Shown piece after piece: positions 37,992-47,400 of a stretch of DNA of 64,000 nt. This stretch comes from Lachnospira sp. UBA3212 (lineage in GTDB: Bacteria > Bacillota > Clostridia > Lachnospirales > Lachnospiraceae): assembly GCA_002363615.1 (NCBI GenBank), contig DEWK01000019.1, positions 10,745-74,744 on the forward strand. Reading direction: 5' to 3'. The position numbers and the translations under genes are program-made. Within the stretch, counting starts at the first letter, position 1. The number at the start of each line of letters is the position of its first letter. The notes under the pieces are model-generated. The model had not been told where the DNA came from. It did no database searches and was given only the letters and a program-made list of their open reading frames with translations.

Positions 37992-38318
37992 ATGAACAAA
38001 TATGAATTAGCAGTAGTAGTTAGTGCAAAGCTTGAGGATGATGCAAGAACAGCCGTAGTTGAGAAAGTTAAGTCTTTAATCGCTCGTGTTGGTGGTACTG
38101 TAACATCTGTTGACGAGTGGGGTAAGAAGCTTTTAGCTTACGAAATCCAGAAGACAAACGAAGGTTACTACTACTTTATCAAGTTCACATCAAAGCCAGA
38201 AGCTCCAGTAGCTCTTGAGCCTGAGATGCGTATTGTTGATGGCGTGCTTAGATATCTTATTCTGAAAGATGAGGGTATCGAGCAGGCAGCAGAAGTAGCT
38301 GAGCAGCCTGAAGCATAA
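37992..38318 (+). CDS. rpsF: 30S ribosomal protein S6
   Basis: MNKYELAVVVSAKLEDD lies behind AAAGGAGG. The ORF-track start at 37854 would run through the terminator and promoter. Confidence 0.95.
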   Translation: MNKYELAVVVSAKLEDDARTAVVEKVKSLIARVGGTVTSVDEWGKKLLAYEIQKTNEGYYYFIKFTSKPEAPVALEPEMRIVDGVLRYLILKDEGIEQAAEVAEQPEA

Positions 38319-38352
38319 GTACTAGCTTCGATTATACGAAGGAGGGTACAGA

Positions 38353-38811
38353 ATGAACAAGGTAATTTTAATGGGAAGATTAACCAGAGATCCTGAGGTT
38401 CGTTATTCAGGACAGGATGGTCAGATGGCAGTGGCAAGATTTACTCTTGCTGTAGATCGAAGATTTAAGCGTGATGGAGAGCCAACTGCTGATTTCCTTC
38501 GTTGTGTTGCCTTCAGACAGAGAGCTGAGTTCGCTGAGAAGTATTTACATCAGGGAAGTAAGATTCTCGTTGAGGGAAGCATCCAGACCGGTAGTTATAC
38601 CAATAAGGATGGCGCAACTGTCTATACTACCGACATCATGGTGGAGAATATGGAATTTGCTGAGAGCAAGAATGCTGCAGCAAGCGGAGAAGCAAACTTC
38701 AATGCTTCACAGAATGCTGGTCCGGTTCCAAGCCAGATGAATCCTAGCAGCGCCGATGGTTTTATGAATGTGCCAGAAGGTGTTGAAGATGATGGTCTTC
38801 CATTTAATTAA
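38353..38811 (+). CDS. ssb: Single-stranded DNA-binding protein
   Basis: OB-fold N-terminus MNKVILMGRLTRDPEVRY, a Gln/Asn/Pro-rich linker and an acidic tail DDGLPFN. Confidence 0.95.
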   Translation: MNKVILMGRLTRDPEVRYSGQDGQMAVARFTLAVDRRFKRDGEPTADFLRCVAFRQRAEFAEKYLHQGSKILVEGSIQTGSYTNKDGATVYTTDIMVENMEFAESKNAAASGEANFNASQNAGPVPSQMNPSSADGFMNVPEGVEDDGLPFN

Positions 38812-38869
38812 GATGTGCATTTAATCAGGAAAGAGAATTATCCAAGAGTTTTATAGGAGGTCAAGAATC

Positions 38870-39124
38870 ATGGCATATAGTAATGATCGTGGCGATTCAC
38901 CTAGAAGAACAATTCGTAGAAGAAGAAAAGTCTGCGTATTCTGTGGTGAGAACGCTACTGCAGTCGATTTTAAGGATGTTAATAAGTTAAAGAAGTATAT
39001 TTCTGAGAGAGGTAAGATTCTCCCTAGAAGAATTACAGGTAACTGTGCTAAGCATCAGAGAGCTGTAACTTTAGCTGTAGAGAGAGCTAGACACTTAGCT
39101 TTACTTCCATACACCTTAGATTAA
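38870..39124 (+). CDS. rpsR: 30S ribosomal protein S18
   Basis: 84 aa with [22 protein letters not shown] and LALLPY. Confidence 0.95.
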   Translation: MAYSNDRGDSPRRTIRRRRKVCVFCGENATAVDFKDVNKLKKYISERGKILPRRITGNCAKHQRAVTLAVERARHLALLPYTLD

Positions 39125-39138
39125 TGTAAGATGTTTCA

Positions 39139-39169
39139 AGGCGCTGTAGGTTTCCTACAGTGCCTTTTT
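39139..39169 (+). terminator. Rho-independent terminator after rpsR
   Basis: GGCGCTGTAGG pairs with CCTACAGTGCC (one G-U pair), followed by TTTTT. Confidence 0.75.
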
Positions 39170-39184
39170 CTTATGTTTTATAAG

Positions 39185-39213
39185 TTGCAATGGAAGTTTA
39201 CATTTGCTATAAT
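39185..39213 (+). promoter_or_regulatory. Putative promoter of gmd-manC-manA
   Basis: TTGCAA, 17 nt spacer, TATAAT. Confidence 0.6.
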
Positions 39214-39282
39214 TGAAATGGTGCCTTGTGGATAAAAAACAGGGAACCCAAGAGTAGAGATTAAATATTAAAGGAGATTTAT

Positions 39283-40317
39283 ATGAAAAAAGCGTTTATT
39301 ACAGGAATTACAGGTCAGGATGGATCATACTTGGCTGAGTTTCTTTTAGAGAAAGGTTATGAGGTTCACGGTTTAATTAGAAGATCGGCAGAACATAACA
39401 CAGAAAGAATTGACCATATTATTGATCAGTTAAAGCTTCATGAGGGGGATTTGTCAGACAGTTCTTGTTTGATTCGATTAGTAGGAGAGATTATGCCGGA
39501 TGAGATTTATAATCTTGCAGCACAGTCTCACGTAGGTACTTCTTTTGATGCAGCTGAATATACCGGTGATGTAGACGCCCTTGGAGTTCTTAGAATTCTC
39601 GAGGCGGTTCACATCAATCATTTAGATAAGAAGACCAGAATCTATCAGGCCTCTACCTCAGAACTTTACGGAAAGGTTGAAGAGGTTCCTCAGAATGAGA
39701 ATACCCCATTCCACCCATTTAGCCCATATGCAGTCGCTAAGCAGTATGGCTTCTGGATGATGAGAGAATATCGTGAAGCTTATGGCATGTTCTGCTGTAA
39801 TGGTATTCTTTTCAACCATGAGTCTGAAAGACGTGGTGAGAACTTCGTAACCAGAAAGATTACCTTAGCAGCAGGTCGTATTGCTTGCGGACTTCAGGAT
39901 CACTTAGAGCTTGGTAACTTAGATTCTAAGCGTGACTGGGGTTATGCCAAGGATTATGTAGAGTGTCAGTGGTTAATCCTACAGCAGGATGAGCCGGATG
40001 ACTATGTAATCGCTACCGGTGTTCAGCATACAGTACGTGAATTTACTGAGCTTGCATTTAAGAATGACGGTATTGAACTTGAGTGGAGAGGAACTGGCTT
40101 AGACGAGAAGGGTTACGATAAGAAGACCGGTAAGATGCTTGTTTGTGTAAATGAGCAGTGGTATCGTCCTACTGATGTTGTTGATCTTTGGGGGGATCCT
40201 ACTAAGGCTAAGACTAAGCTTGGATGGGATCCACAGAAGACCAGCTATGAGGAGCTTTGTGCAATCATGGCAGAGTACGACCTTAAGAAGGCTAAGAAGG
40301 AAGCAGGATTAGCATAA
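39283..40317 (+). CDS. gmd: GDP-mannose 4,6-dehydratase
   Basis: [35 protein letters not shown], catalytic YAVAK and NHESERRG are present. Confidence 0.95.
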   Translation: MKKAFITGITGQDGSYLAEFLLEKGYEVHGLIRRSAEHNTERIDHIIDQLKLHEGDLSDSSCLIRLVGEIMPDEIYNLAAQSHVGTSFDAAEYTGDVDALGVLRILEAVHINHLDKKTRIYQASTSELYGKVEEVPQNENTPFHPFSPYAVAKQYGFWMMREYREAYGMFCCNGILFNHESERRGENFVTRKITLAAGRIACGLQDHLELGNLDSKRDWGYAKDYVECQWLILQQDEPDDYVIATGVQHTVREFTELAFKNDGIELEWRGTGLDEKGYDKKTGKMLVCVNEQWYRPTDVVDLWGDPTKAKTKLGWDPQKTSYEELCAIMAEYDLKKAKKEAGLA

Positions 40318-41633
40318 TGAATATTATTTTATTATCAGGTGGTTCCGGAAAAAGATTGTGGCCACTTTCTAATGACATCCGTTCTAAGCAGTTTATTAAA
40401 ATTTTTAAAACTCCGGATGGAAAGTATGAGTCTATGGTTCAGCGTATGTACCGTAAGATTCGTGAAATCGATGCAGATGCCAATGTAACGGTTGCTACCT
40501 CTATGCAGCAGGTATCTGCCCTTAGAAATCAGTTAGGGGAAGGTGTTGGTATTTCAGTAGAACCATGTCGAAGAGATACCTTCCCAGCCATTGCCCTTGC
40601 AACAGCTTACCTGAAGGATGTTCAGGGGGTAGAAGATGAGGAGCCGGTGGTAGTTTGTCCGGTAGACCCATTTGTAGATGATAGTTATTTTGAGGCCTTA
40701 AGTGAATTGGCAAAGCTTGCTGCTAAGGGAGAATCAAATCTTACCTTAATGGGCATTGAGCCTACCAAGCCAAGTGAAAAGTTTGGCTATATTATTCCAG
40801 AGAGCAATTATAAGGTTTCTACGGTTGATACATTTAAGGAGAAACCGGATGTGGAAACTGCCAAGAAGTATATTGATCAGGGAGCCCTCTGGAATGGTGG
40901 TGTTTTTGCTTATAAGTTGGGCTATGTTTTAAACAAGGCTCATGACCTGATGGATTTTGAGGATTATGCAGACCTTTACTCAAAATATGAAAATCAGAAT
41001 AAGATTAGTTTTGATTATGCCGTAGTAGAGAAGGAATCAAAGATTTCGGTTATGAGACATTCCGGTGTTTGGAAGGATCTTGGTACCTGGAATACCCTTT
41101 CAGAAGCTATGGAAGAAAAGATCATTGGCAATGTTATTACCAATGATACTTGTGACAATATTAATGTAATTAACGAGATGGATGTTCCAATCCTTTGTGT
41201 TGGCCTAAAAGACCTTGTGGTTGCTGCCAGTGCAGATGGTATTTTGGTTTCGGATAAGGAACAGTCGGATCAGATCAAGCCTTATGTAGAAAGCATGAAT
41301 CAGCAGATCATGTATGCGGAAAAATCCTATGGAACTTACCGGGTATTAGATGTTGAGGATGGTAGTCTTACCATTAAGGTAGACTTAAAGGCCGGTCAGC
41401 ATATGACCTATCATAGTCACGAGTTACGAGACGAAATCTGGACGGTTATTTCCGGAAGCGGGAAAACCATTGTAGACGGAATGGAACAGGAAATTCATCC
41501 CGGTGACGTAATTACGATGGCTGCAGGATGCAAGCATACCGTAATTGCTACCACAGACTTGAACTTGATTGAGGTTCAGGTTGGTAAGAGCATTAGCGTT
41601 CAAGATAAAAAGGTATATGAATGGGAGTTTTAG
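40317..41633 (+). CDS. manC: Mannose-1-phosphate guanylyltransferase with a C-terminal cupin domain
   Basis: LSGGSGKRLWPLS nucleotidyltransferase motif and a cupin tail (HSHELRDEIWTVISGSG). Its start overlaps the gmd stop (TAATG). Confidence 0.85.
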   Translation: MNIILLSGGSGKRLWPLSNDIRSKQFIKIFKTPDGKYESMVQRMYRKIREIDADANVTVATSMQQVSALRNQLGEGVGISVEPCRRDTFPAIALATAYLKDVQGVEDEEPVVVCPVDPFVDDSYFEALSELAKLAAKGESNLTLMGIEPTKPSEKFGYIIPESNYKVSTVDTFKEKPDVETAKKYIDQGALWNGGVFAYKLGYVLNKAHDLMDFEDYADLYSKYENQNKISFDYAVVEKESKISVMRHSGVWKDLGTWNTLSEAMEEKIIGNVITNDTCDNINVINEMDVPILCVGLKDLVVAASADGILVSDKEQSDQIKPYVESMNQQIMYAEKSYGTYRVLDVEDGSLTIKVDLKAGQHMTYHSHELRDEIWTVISGSGKTIVDGMEQEIHPGDVITMAAGCKHTVIATTDLNLIEVQVGKSISVQDKKVYEWEF

Positions 41634-41634
41634 T

Positions 41635-42651
41635 ATGAATGTGGGTTCTCCATTTTTACTTTCTCCGGCTGGTAAGGATTATCTTTGGGGCGGAAGTCGA
41701 TTAAAGGATGATTATGCCAAGGAATTGGATATGAGCCCTTTGGCTGAAACCTGGGAGTGCTCTACTCACCCGGATGGACCCAGTATCGTGGCAAGTGGAC
41801 CAAACCAGGGGAAGTTGTTAAGTGATGTAATTAAAGATCATCCGGAATACCTTGGTACACGACCTCTTGCTATGATGACGGAGGAAGAGATTGCCAAGGG
41901 AGATATTCCAATCTTAATTAAATTTATTGATGCCAAGAAGGACCTTTCCGTCCAAGTTCATCCCAGCGATGAATATGCCAAGAAGGAGGAAGGCGGTCAA
42001 AGAGGAAAAACCGAGATGTGGTATGTATTGGATGCCAAGAAGGATTCTTCTTTGATATATGGTTTTCATCATGATATTAGCAAGAAAAAATTGGAGAAAT
42101 CTTTAAAGGCCGGAACGGTAGAGCGTTATCTTCAAAAGGTTAGCGTAAAAAAAGATGATGTGTTTTTGATTAAGGCCGGAACGGTGCATGCCATTGGTGC
42201 CGGAATTATGGTTGCAGAAATTCAAGAAAGTTCTAACCTAACATATCGAATGTACGATTACAATCGTCTTGGCAAGGACGGCAAGCCAAGAGAATTGCAT
42301 ATTGAGAAGTCCTTAGCTGTTGCGAATTTAAAGCATAGCCAGATTCCTCGTCAGCCGATTAGAACCTTACAGTTTCGACCTGGAGTAGCCAGCGAGCTTT
42401 TATGCCGTTGCAAATATTTCCAAACCAAACGCTTGATGATTAATACGGAAGTCTATAAGAAGATGATTTCTGTTTCGGCAGATCCCAGTAGTTTTCAGGT
42501 TCTACTTTGTTATGACGGATGTGGACTTTTAATTCCGGAAAACGGAGATGTTTTACCTTTCTTTAAGGGTGATTGCATTTTCGTGCCTGCGGCTAATTCC
42601 GGGGAATTCAAGCTTCATGGAAAGGCAAAGCTTTTGAGGGTAAATTGCTAA
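41635..42651 (+). CDS. manA: Mannose-6-phosphate isomerase, class I
   Basis: The ATG at 41635 lies 1 nt after the manC stop. Motifs are KDYLWGG, LSVQVHP, KTEMWYVL and VHAIG. The ORF-track extension from 41569 overlaps manC. Confidence 0.85.
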   Translation: MNVGSPFLLSPAGKDYLWGGSRLKDDYAKELDMSPLAETWECSTHPDGPSIVASGPNQGKLLSDVIKDHPEYLGTRPLAMMTEEEIAKGDIPILIKFIDAKKDLSVQVHPSDEYAKKEEGGQRGKTEMWYVLDAKKDSSLIYGFHHDISKKKLEKSLKAGTVERYLQKVSVKKDDVFLIKAGTVHAIGAGIMVAEIQESSNLTYRMYDYNRLGKDGKPRELHIEKSLAVANLKHSQIPRQPIRTLQFRPGVASELLCRCKYFQTKRLMINTEVYKKMISVSADPSSFQVLLCYDGCGLLIPENGDVLPFFKGDCIFVPAANSGEFKLHGKAKLLRVNC

Positions 42652-42670
42652 CTATAATTAAGATGTTTTT

Positions 42671-42701
42671 ATGGGCGGCCTTTTTAGGACGTCCATTTTT
42701 T
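42671..42701 (+). terminator. Probable rho-independent terminator after manA
   Basis: Imperfect hairpin ATGGGCGGCC / AGGACGTCCAT, followed by T6. Confidence 0.5.
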
Positions 42702-42717
42702 AAGAGGTGAAAAAAAG

Positions 42718-43350
42718 ATGAAGTATAAGAATCTGATTTTTGATGTGGATGGAACCCTATGGGATTCTACAGATTTGGTGGCGATTAGCTGGCAGGAAGC
42801 GGTGGATCAGTTGGGCTACAGTAAGGCTAAATTGTCTGGACCAAGGCTGAAACAGGAATTTGGTAAGCCGATGGATGTGATTGCTAAAAATCTTTTTGCT
42901 GACCTGAATGATCCTTGGAAGATGCAGGAACTCTTAGATCTTTGTTGTAGGAAGGAAGAAGATTTTCTAAGAACCTGTAAAAAGGATGTCACCTATCCCG
43001 GAATGAAAGATTGCCTTACAGCGCTTTCTAAGGACTATAAGCTTTTTATCGTGAGTAATTGTCAGTCCGGTTATATCGAGGTCTTTATGGAGGCTTGTCA
43101 GGTAGAAGACTTGATTTGTGATATAGATTGCTTTGGAAATACCGGGGTTTCTAAGGACCGGACCATTAAAATTTTGATGGAAAGAAATAAGCTAGATCCA
43201 AAGGAGTGTGTCTACATTGGGGATACCAGGGGAGATCAGTTGGCAGCGAAAGGAGCAGGCATTGACTTTATCCATGCCTCTTATGGCTTTGACCCGGACC
43301 TTGTGGCGGAACAGAAAATCAAGGAATTAAAGGATTTGTTAGAAATGTAA
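42718..43350 (+). CDS. HAD-superfamily phosphatase (PGP-like)
   Basis: Motif I is LIFDVDGTLWDS, motif II is VSN and motif IV is GDTRGD. Confidence 0.8.
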   Translation: MKYKNLIFDVDGTLWDSTDLVAISWQEAVDQLGYSKAKLSGPRLKQEFGKPMDVIAKNLFADLNDPWKMQELLDLCCRKEEDFLRTCKKDVTYPGMKDCLTALSKDYKLFIVSNCQSGYIEVFMEACQVEDLICDIDCFGNTGVSKDRTIKILMERNKLDPKECVYIGDTRGDQLAAKGAGIDFIHASYGFDPDLVAEQKIKELKDLLEM

Positions 43351-43352
43351 GA

Positions 43353-43398
43353 GAAAAAATACCAGCTATGGATCAAACCATAGCTGGTATCTTGCTTT
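43353..43398. terminator. Bidirectional terminator (HAD gene / L,D-transpeptidase gene)
   Basis: An A-run, then ATACCAGCTATGG paired with CCATAGCTGGTAT (13 bp), then a T-rich tail. It sits between convergent genes. Confidence 0.85.
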
Positions 43399-43399
43399 T

Positions 43400-45088
43400 T
43401 TAGACCTCAGGCTCCTTAGTGTCAGAAGGATTTTCCCTACTAGTGGTGGTCTCTTCCGATTGGGTGGTTGTTTCATTCTGAACAGGACTTGGATCGATAA
43501 CAATTACAGTTTTACTAAGAGTGGTTGTCTTACCCTTAGGAATCGTAATGGTATAAAGGATCGTGTAGGTTCCGGCACTGGTAAAGGTATAGTTGCCTTC
43601 GCTATCGATTTTTTCACCATTGACAGACACGGAAAGGTTGTTGGTGAGGTTTACGCCGGTTGCACTAGATGCACTTACACCGCTGAATAAGTGAATGGTG
43701 GTTCCGGTAGGAATTGCTTTGGAATAGTCTGCGCTTGCAGTAATGATTGGTGCTTTCTTGTTTACAACCTTGAACTTAATCTTGCGAACGCGTTTGGTGT
43801 AGGGACTTTTCTTATAAGTTCCTGTGTAGGTTACGGTGTAAGTACCAATCTTGTTGGTATTTACAGAACCTTTTACAGTAATGTTAGATTTACTGATGGA
43901 TTTTTTCTTGTAGGTTTTAATAGAAATATATTTTCTAAGGTTCTGAATGGTTGTGCCATACTCAATCTGAATGGTTTTCTTAGAGGAAAGACGAACTCTT
44001 TGGTCGACAACCTTAAGGGTAATGGTCTTTGAAGCAGAAACACCATTGGTAGAGGTGGCTGTATAACGAATCTTGTACTTACCGGCCTTATGGAAGATGG
44101 CAAGACCACTGGCAATGGAATCCCAGGTTTTACTTGATTTGTTGTAGTAAGCAACCTTAATGCTGCTTGAAACATCTTCAGAGAAGAAGTTTTGAGCAGA
44201 GACACCGCTTAAGAGGTTGACCTGCTTATTCATAGCGGTGGTCATGTTTTTGGCACCGCTAAAGGTTGGGGCGGCAACGTCTTTTACAATATAGGTGATG
44301 GTTGCTTTGGCGGTACGGCCAAGGCCATCGGTTACCTTATAAGTGATTTTATACTTTCCAAGTTTATTGGTTTTGACACGACCCTTGGCAACTTTGCAAG
44401 TGCTGGTAATGTCATTGCCCAAGGAGTCTAAAGCGGTAATGGCTGCTCTGGGTTGGAATTTGCTCTTGTACTGAACGTATCTGGAACCGGTTAACTTAAT
44501 GGAAGGTTTCGCGCTGTTCCATGGGTTTTCCGGGTCTGGATCCGTTGGGTCCCAATTGGTGTACTTGCCGTTGTTAATCTTCATTAGGCTGGGTTTGCCT
44601 AGTGGGTCATCAGAGGATGAACCACGGAAGATTTCTACACGGGTACCAAGAGGGCAGTTGTCATAAATCCACTTGGCATCGATCACAGTTAAACGGATAC
44701 AACCGTGGGATTCGGTGCTACCTAAGAGGTTATAAGCGGAAGTTGCCATGGAAGACTTGTCTCCATTCGTCCAATAGTAGACAGAATGGAAGAGGACTCC
44801 ACCATAGATTCTGGTACAGTACTGGCCATAGGATGGACCGAGAAGTAACTTCCAGCGATATTTGATTGGGGTATAGTAGGTTCCTACTTTGGTGCCCCAA
44901 CCAGGAGAACAAATCATAGCTTTAACAGGAGTACCATTTTGTTTGTAAACAGTAGTGGTACAGGTTCCCAAGTTTACACGGATGTAATAGTCTCCTGCGC
45001 CATCATTAGCAAATGCTGCCTTTGGGAGCATGAACAAGAGGGCAAGCAGGAGGAAGGCAGATGCCGTGAATTTTGAAATGCCTTTCAT
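43400..45088 (-). CDS. Secreted L,D-transpeptidase (YkuD domain) with four Ig-like repeats
   Basis: The start at 45088 lies behind AAGGAGG and gives the signal peptide MKGISKFTASAFLLLALLFMLPKAAFA. The YkuD catalytic motif is SHGCIRL. Four ~85-aa modules follow, each ending in a pattern like GKYKITYKVTD...I.V.D. Confidence 0.85.
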   Translation of the reverse strand: MKGISKFTASAFLLLALLFMLPKAAFANDGAGDYYIRVNLGTCTTTVYKQNGTPVKAMICSPGWGTKVGTYYTPIKYRWKLLLGPSYGQYCTRIYGGVLFHSVYYWTNGDKSSMATSAYNLLGSTESHGCIRLTVIDAKWIYDNCPLGTRVEIFRGSSSDDPLGKPSLMKINNGKYTNWDPTDPDPENPWNSAKPSIKLTGSRYVQYKSKFQPRAAITALDSLGNDITSTCKVAKGRVKTNKLGKYKITYKVTDGLGRTAKATITYIVKDVAAPTFSGAKNMTTAMNKQVNLLSGVSAQNFFSEDVSSSIKVAYYNKSSKTWDSIASGLAIFHKAGKYKIRYTATSTNGVSASKTITLKVVDQRVRLSSKKTIQIEYGTTIQNLRKYISIKTYKKKSISKSNITVKGSVNTNKIGTYTVTYTGTYKKSPYTKRVRKIKFKVVNKKAPIITASADYSKAIPTGTTIHLFSGVSASSATGVNLTNNLSVSVNGEKIDSEGNYTFTSAGTYTILYTITIPKGKTTTLSKTVIVIDPSPVQNETTTQSEETTTSRENPSDTKEPEV

Positions 45089-45282
45089 AAATTCCTCCTT
45101 AAAAAATAATCTTTTTCTAGTGTTTTTTTCATTGTCAAACGTCTTTATTATAATCATAAGAAGAAAAAAACACAACCACTTAATAAATACTTTATTGAAA
45201 AAAGGGGAAAAGCCCGTTTTGAATTGCACTTTAAGGGTATTTGGTTTATAATCGTTAGGAATCGTCAGATAAGGAGAGTAGT

Positions 45283-45984
45283 ATGTATCAGTATGAAAGT
45301 CGAGTCAGTTATAGTCAGTTAAACGAAGAAGAAAAACTATCCCTTCCGGCAATTTTAAATTATTTACAAGATTGTAGTACGTTTGAGTCGGAAGACCTTG
45401 AAGTGGGAATGGAATTTTTAAATCAAGAAAACCGGGCTTGGCTTTTGGCGGAATGGCAAATTTTTTTGGAAGAGGATGCAAAGATTGGAGATCCTCTAAC
45501 CATTGCTACTTGGCCTTATCGTTTCGATTCCTCGTTAGGTTATCGTAATCTGGAAATAAAAAGCAAGGATCGGATTATTGCCAGGGCACGGTCCAAGTGG
45601 TTTTTAATAGATACAGAAAAGGAAAGACCGGTAAGACTTACGGAAGAAATCACAGGAGCCTATGAATTAGGACCGGCATTCTCTTATCCGGAAGTAAACT
45701 ACAAGATTCGAATGGCAAAAGAAGAGGTCAAGGAATACCCACGGATTATGATTCCAGCTTTTGCCATGGATACCAATCATCATATGAATAACCAGAAGTA
45801 CCTGGAGTTTGCCATGGAGTATCTGCCAGAGGATAGGGAGATAAAAAAGATTGTAATCCAATACAAGGTCCAGTGTAAAAAAGGAGAATGGATAAAGCCG
45901 GTGAGTTTTGTCCGGGAAGATTTTTTTGTGGTTGGATTTGTAAAAGAGGATGGAAAGGTCGCGGCCTTTGTGGCATTTAGATAA
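45283..45984 (+). CDS. Acyl-ACP thioesterase
   Basis: 233 aa with a double hot-dog layout. The N-terminus YESRVSYSQLNEEEKLSLPAILNYLQDCS and a central MDTNHHMNNQKYLEF are typical of this family. Confidence 0.75.
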   Translation: MYQYESRVSYSQLNEEEKLSLPAILNYLQDCSTFESEDLEVGMEFLNQENRAWLLAEWQIFLEEDAKIGDPLTIATWPYRFDSSLGYRNLEIKSKDRIIARARSKWFLIDTEKERPVRLTEEITGAYELGPAFSYPEVNYKIRMAKEEVKEYPRIMIPAFAMDTNHHMNNQKYLEFAMEYLPEDREIKKIVIQYKVQCKKGEWIKPVSFVREDFFVVGFVKEDGKVAAFVAFR

Positions 45985-46004
45985 AAAGAAAAAGGAATGA
46001 ATCG

Positions 46005-46823
46005 ATGAAATTAGGACAAATTCAGAAGTTAAAAGTAATTAGCAAAAAGGATCACGGAATCTACTTGGGAGATGAGAATGAGCGGGTTCTCCTTCCGGCT
46101 AAGCAGGTTCCGGAGGGAACAAAGATTGGGGATGAATTATCGGTATTTTGCTACCGAGATTCAGATGACCGATTGATTTGTACCACCAAGCTCCCTTTGA
46201 TTACCGTAGGAGAAGTGGCAAGACTAAAGGTCTTACAAAAAACAAAAATTGGAACTTTCCTTGATATGGGCTTAGAAAGAGACTTATTCTTGCCATATAA
46301 GGAGCATACCACGGTTTTAAAGGAGGGACAAGAGGTTGTAGTAGCCATGTATGTGGATAAGAGTAACCGCCTGGCGGCAACCATGAAGATTTACCAGTAT
46401 CTCAATACGGATTCTTTCTACAAGAAGGACGACGAGGTAAAGGGTTATGTCTATGAAAAAATTGACTCCTTTGGCTGCTATGTAGCGGTAGATGATAGTT
46501 ACTCGGCTATGATTCCACGTCAGGATTGCAAAGGGATCGAGGTTGGTCAGGACATTACTGCTAGAGTGGTAGAGGTAAGAGAGGATGGAAAGCTAACCTT
46601 AAATCCAAGAAAGAAGGCTTATCTTCAGATGGAAGATGATATGGTGACAGTTCTTAAGGTCCTTGAGGAGTACTCAGGTATCCTTCCATATAACGACAAG
46701 GCTTCTGCTGCAGTCATTGAAAATGACTTCCACATGAGTAAGAACGCCTTTAAGCGGGCGGTAGGCCATCTCTACAAGAATGGCAAGATTGAAATCACGG
46801 ATCAAAACATTAAAATTCTATAG
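46005..46823 (+). CDS. S1-like RNA-binding protein (CvfB/YitL family)
   Basis: 272 aa with repeated S1-like segments (KVISKKDHGIYLGD, ARLKVLQKTKIGTFLDMG and GYVYEKIDSFGCYVAVD) and a winged-helix tail. Confidence 0.75.
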   Translation: MKLGQIQKLKVISKKDHGIYLGDENERVLLPAKQVPEGTKIGDELSVFCYRDSDDRLICTTKLPLITVGEVARLKVLQKTKIGTFLDMGLERDLFLPYKEHTTVLKEGQEVVVAMYVDKSNRLAATMKIYQYLNTDSFYKKDDEVKGYVYEKIDSFGCYVAVDDSYSAMIPRQDCKGIEVGQDITARVVEVREDGKLTLNPRKKAYLQMEDDMVTVLKVLEEYSGILPYNDKASAAVIENDFHMSKNAFKRAVGHLYKNGKIEITDQNIKIL

Positions 46824-46880
46824 TCTTCGAACGGATAAACCGTTTGATCATAAATCATTTTAAGTAAAGGAGTTTCATGA

Positions 46881-47255
46881 ATGAAGAAAGTAATTAGTAC
46901 AGACAAGGCACCAGCAGCAATCGGACCATATTCACAGGCAATTGAAGTGAATGATATGATCTTTACTTCAGGAGTTATCCCTGTAGTTCCGGCAACCGGA
47001 GAAATCCCAGAGGGAATTGAGGCTCAGGCAGATCAGGCGATCGGCAATTTAGTTGCTTTGCTTGAGGCGGCTGGCACGAAGGCAGAGAATGTAATTAAGA
47101 CCGTTGTATTCATTAAGAATATGGATGATTTCGCAACTGTAAATAGCATTTATTCAAAGTATTTTACCGGAGAGTGCCCGGCAAGATCTTGCGTTGAGGT
47201 TGCCAGACTTCCTAAGGACGTATTAATTGAAATCGAGGCAATTGCTTGTAAGTAA
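46881..47255 (+). CDS. ridA: RidA/YjgF-family reactive-intermediate deaminase
   Basis: 124 aa with APAAIGPYSQAI, PARSCVEVARLPKDVLIEIEAIA. Confidence 0.9.
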   Translation: MKKVISTDKAPAAIGPYSQAIEVNDMIFTSGVIPVVPATGEIPEGIEAQADQAIGNLVALLEAAGTKAENVIKTVVFIKNMDDFATVNSIYSKYFTGECPARSCVEVARLPKDVLIEIEAIACK

Positions 47256-47269
47256 TGAAAACGAAGTAG

Positions 47270-47303
47270 GCTCATCACCCCAGGGTGGTGGGCTTTCTTT
47301 ATT
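47270..47303 (+). terminator. Rho-independent terminator after ridA
   Basis: GCTCATCAC pairs with GTGGTGGGC (with G-U pairs), followed by TTTCTTTATT. Confidence 0.6.
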
Positions 47304-47325
47304 GTGGGGGGCTGTTAGCTTAGGG

Positions 47326-47354
47326 TTTTCAAATGAACGTGTTCGTGATATAAT
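47326..47354 (+). promoter_or_regulatory. Putative promoter of the teichoic-acid-like locus
   Basis: TTTTCA, 17 nt spacer, TATAAT, with TGa extended -10. Confidence 0.5.
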
Positions 47355-47400
47355 CAACAGTGGTTTATTGCGTATTGAAAAAGATAAAAAGGTGAATTTC

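Noticed and set aside
41569-41634. Upstream extension of the manA ORF overlapping manC.
   Set aside because: The ATG at 41635 lies 1 nt after the manC stop and is followed directly by the conserved N-terminal region, so the extension lies entirely within manC.
45089-45229. A 47-aa extension of the L,D-transpeptidase ORF.
   Set aside because: The internal Met at 45088 is preceded by AAGGAGG and starts a textbook signal peptide. The extension is hydrophobic, low-complexity sequence lying in the promoter region.
47227-47400. Extension of the sugar-phosphotransferase ORF overlapping the ridA end and its terminator.
   Set aside because: It spans a terminator hairpin and a promoter-like element. 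The ATG at 47401 gives the expected basic N-terminus followed by a TM helix.
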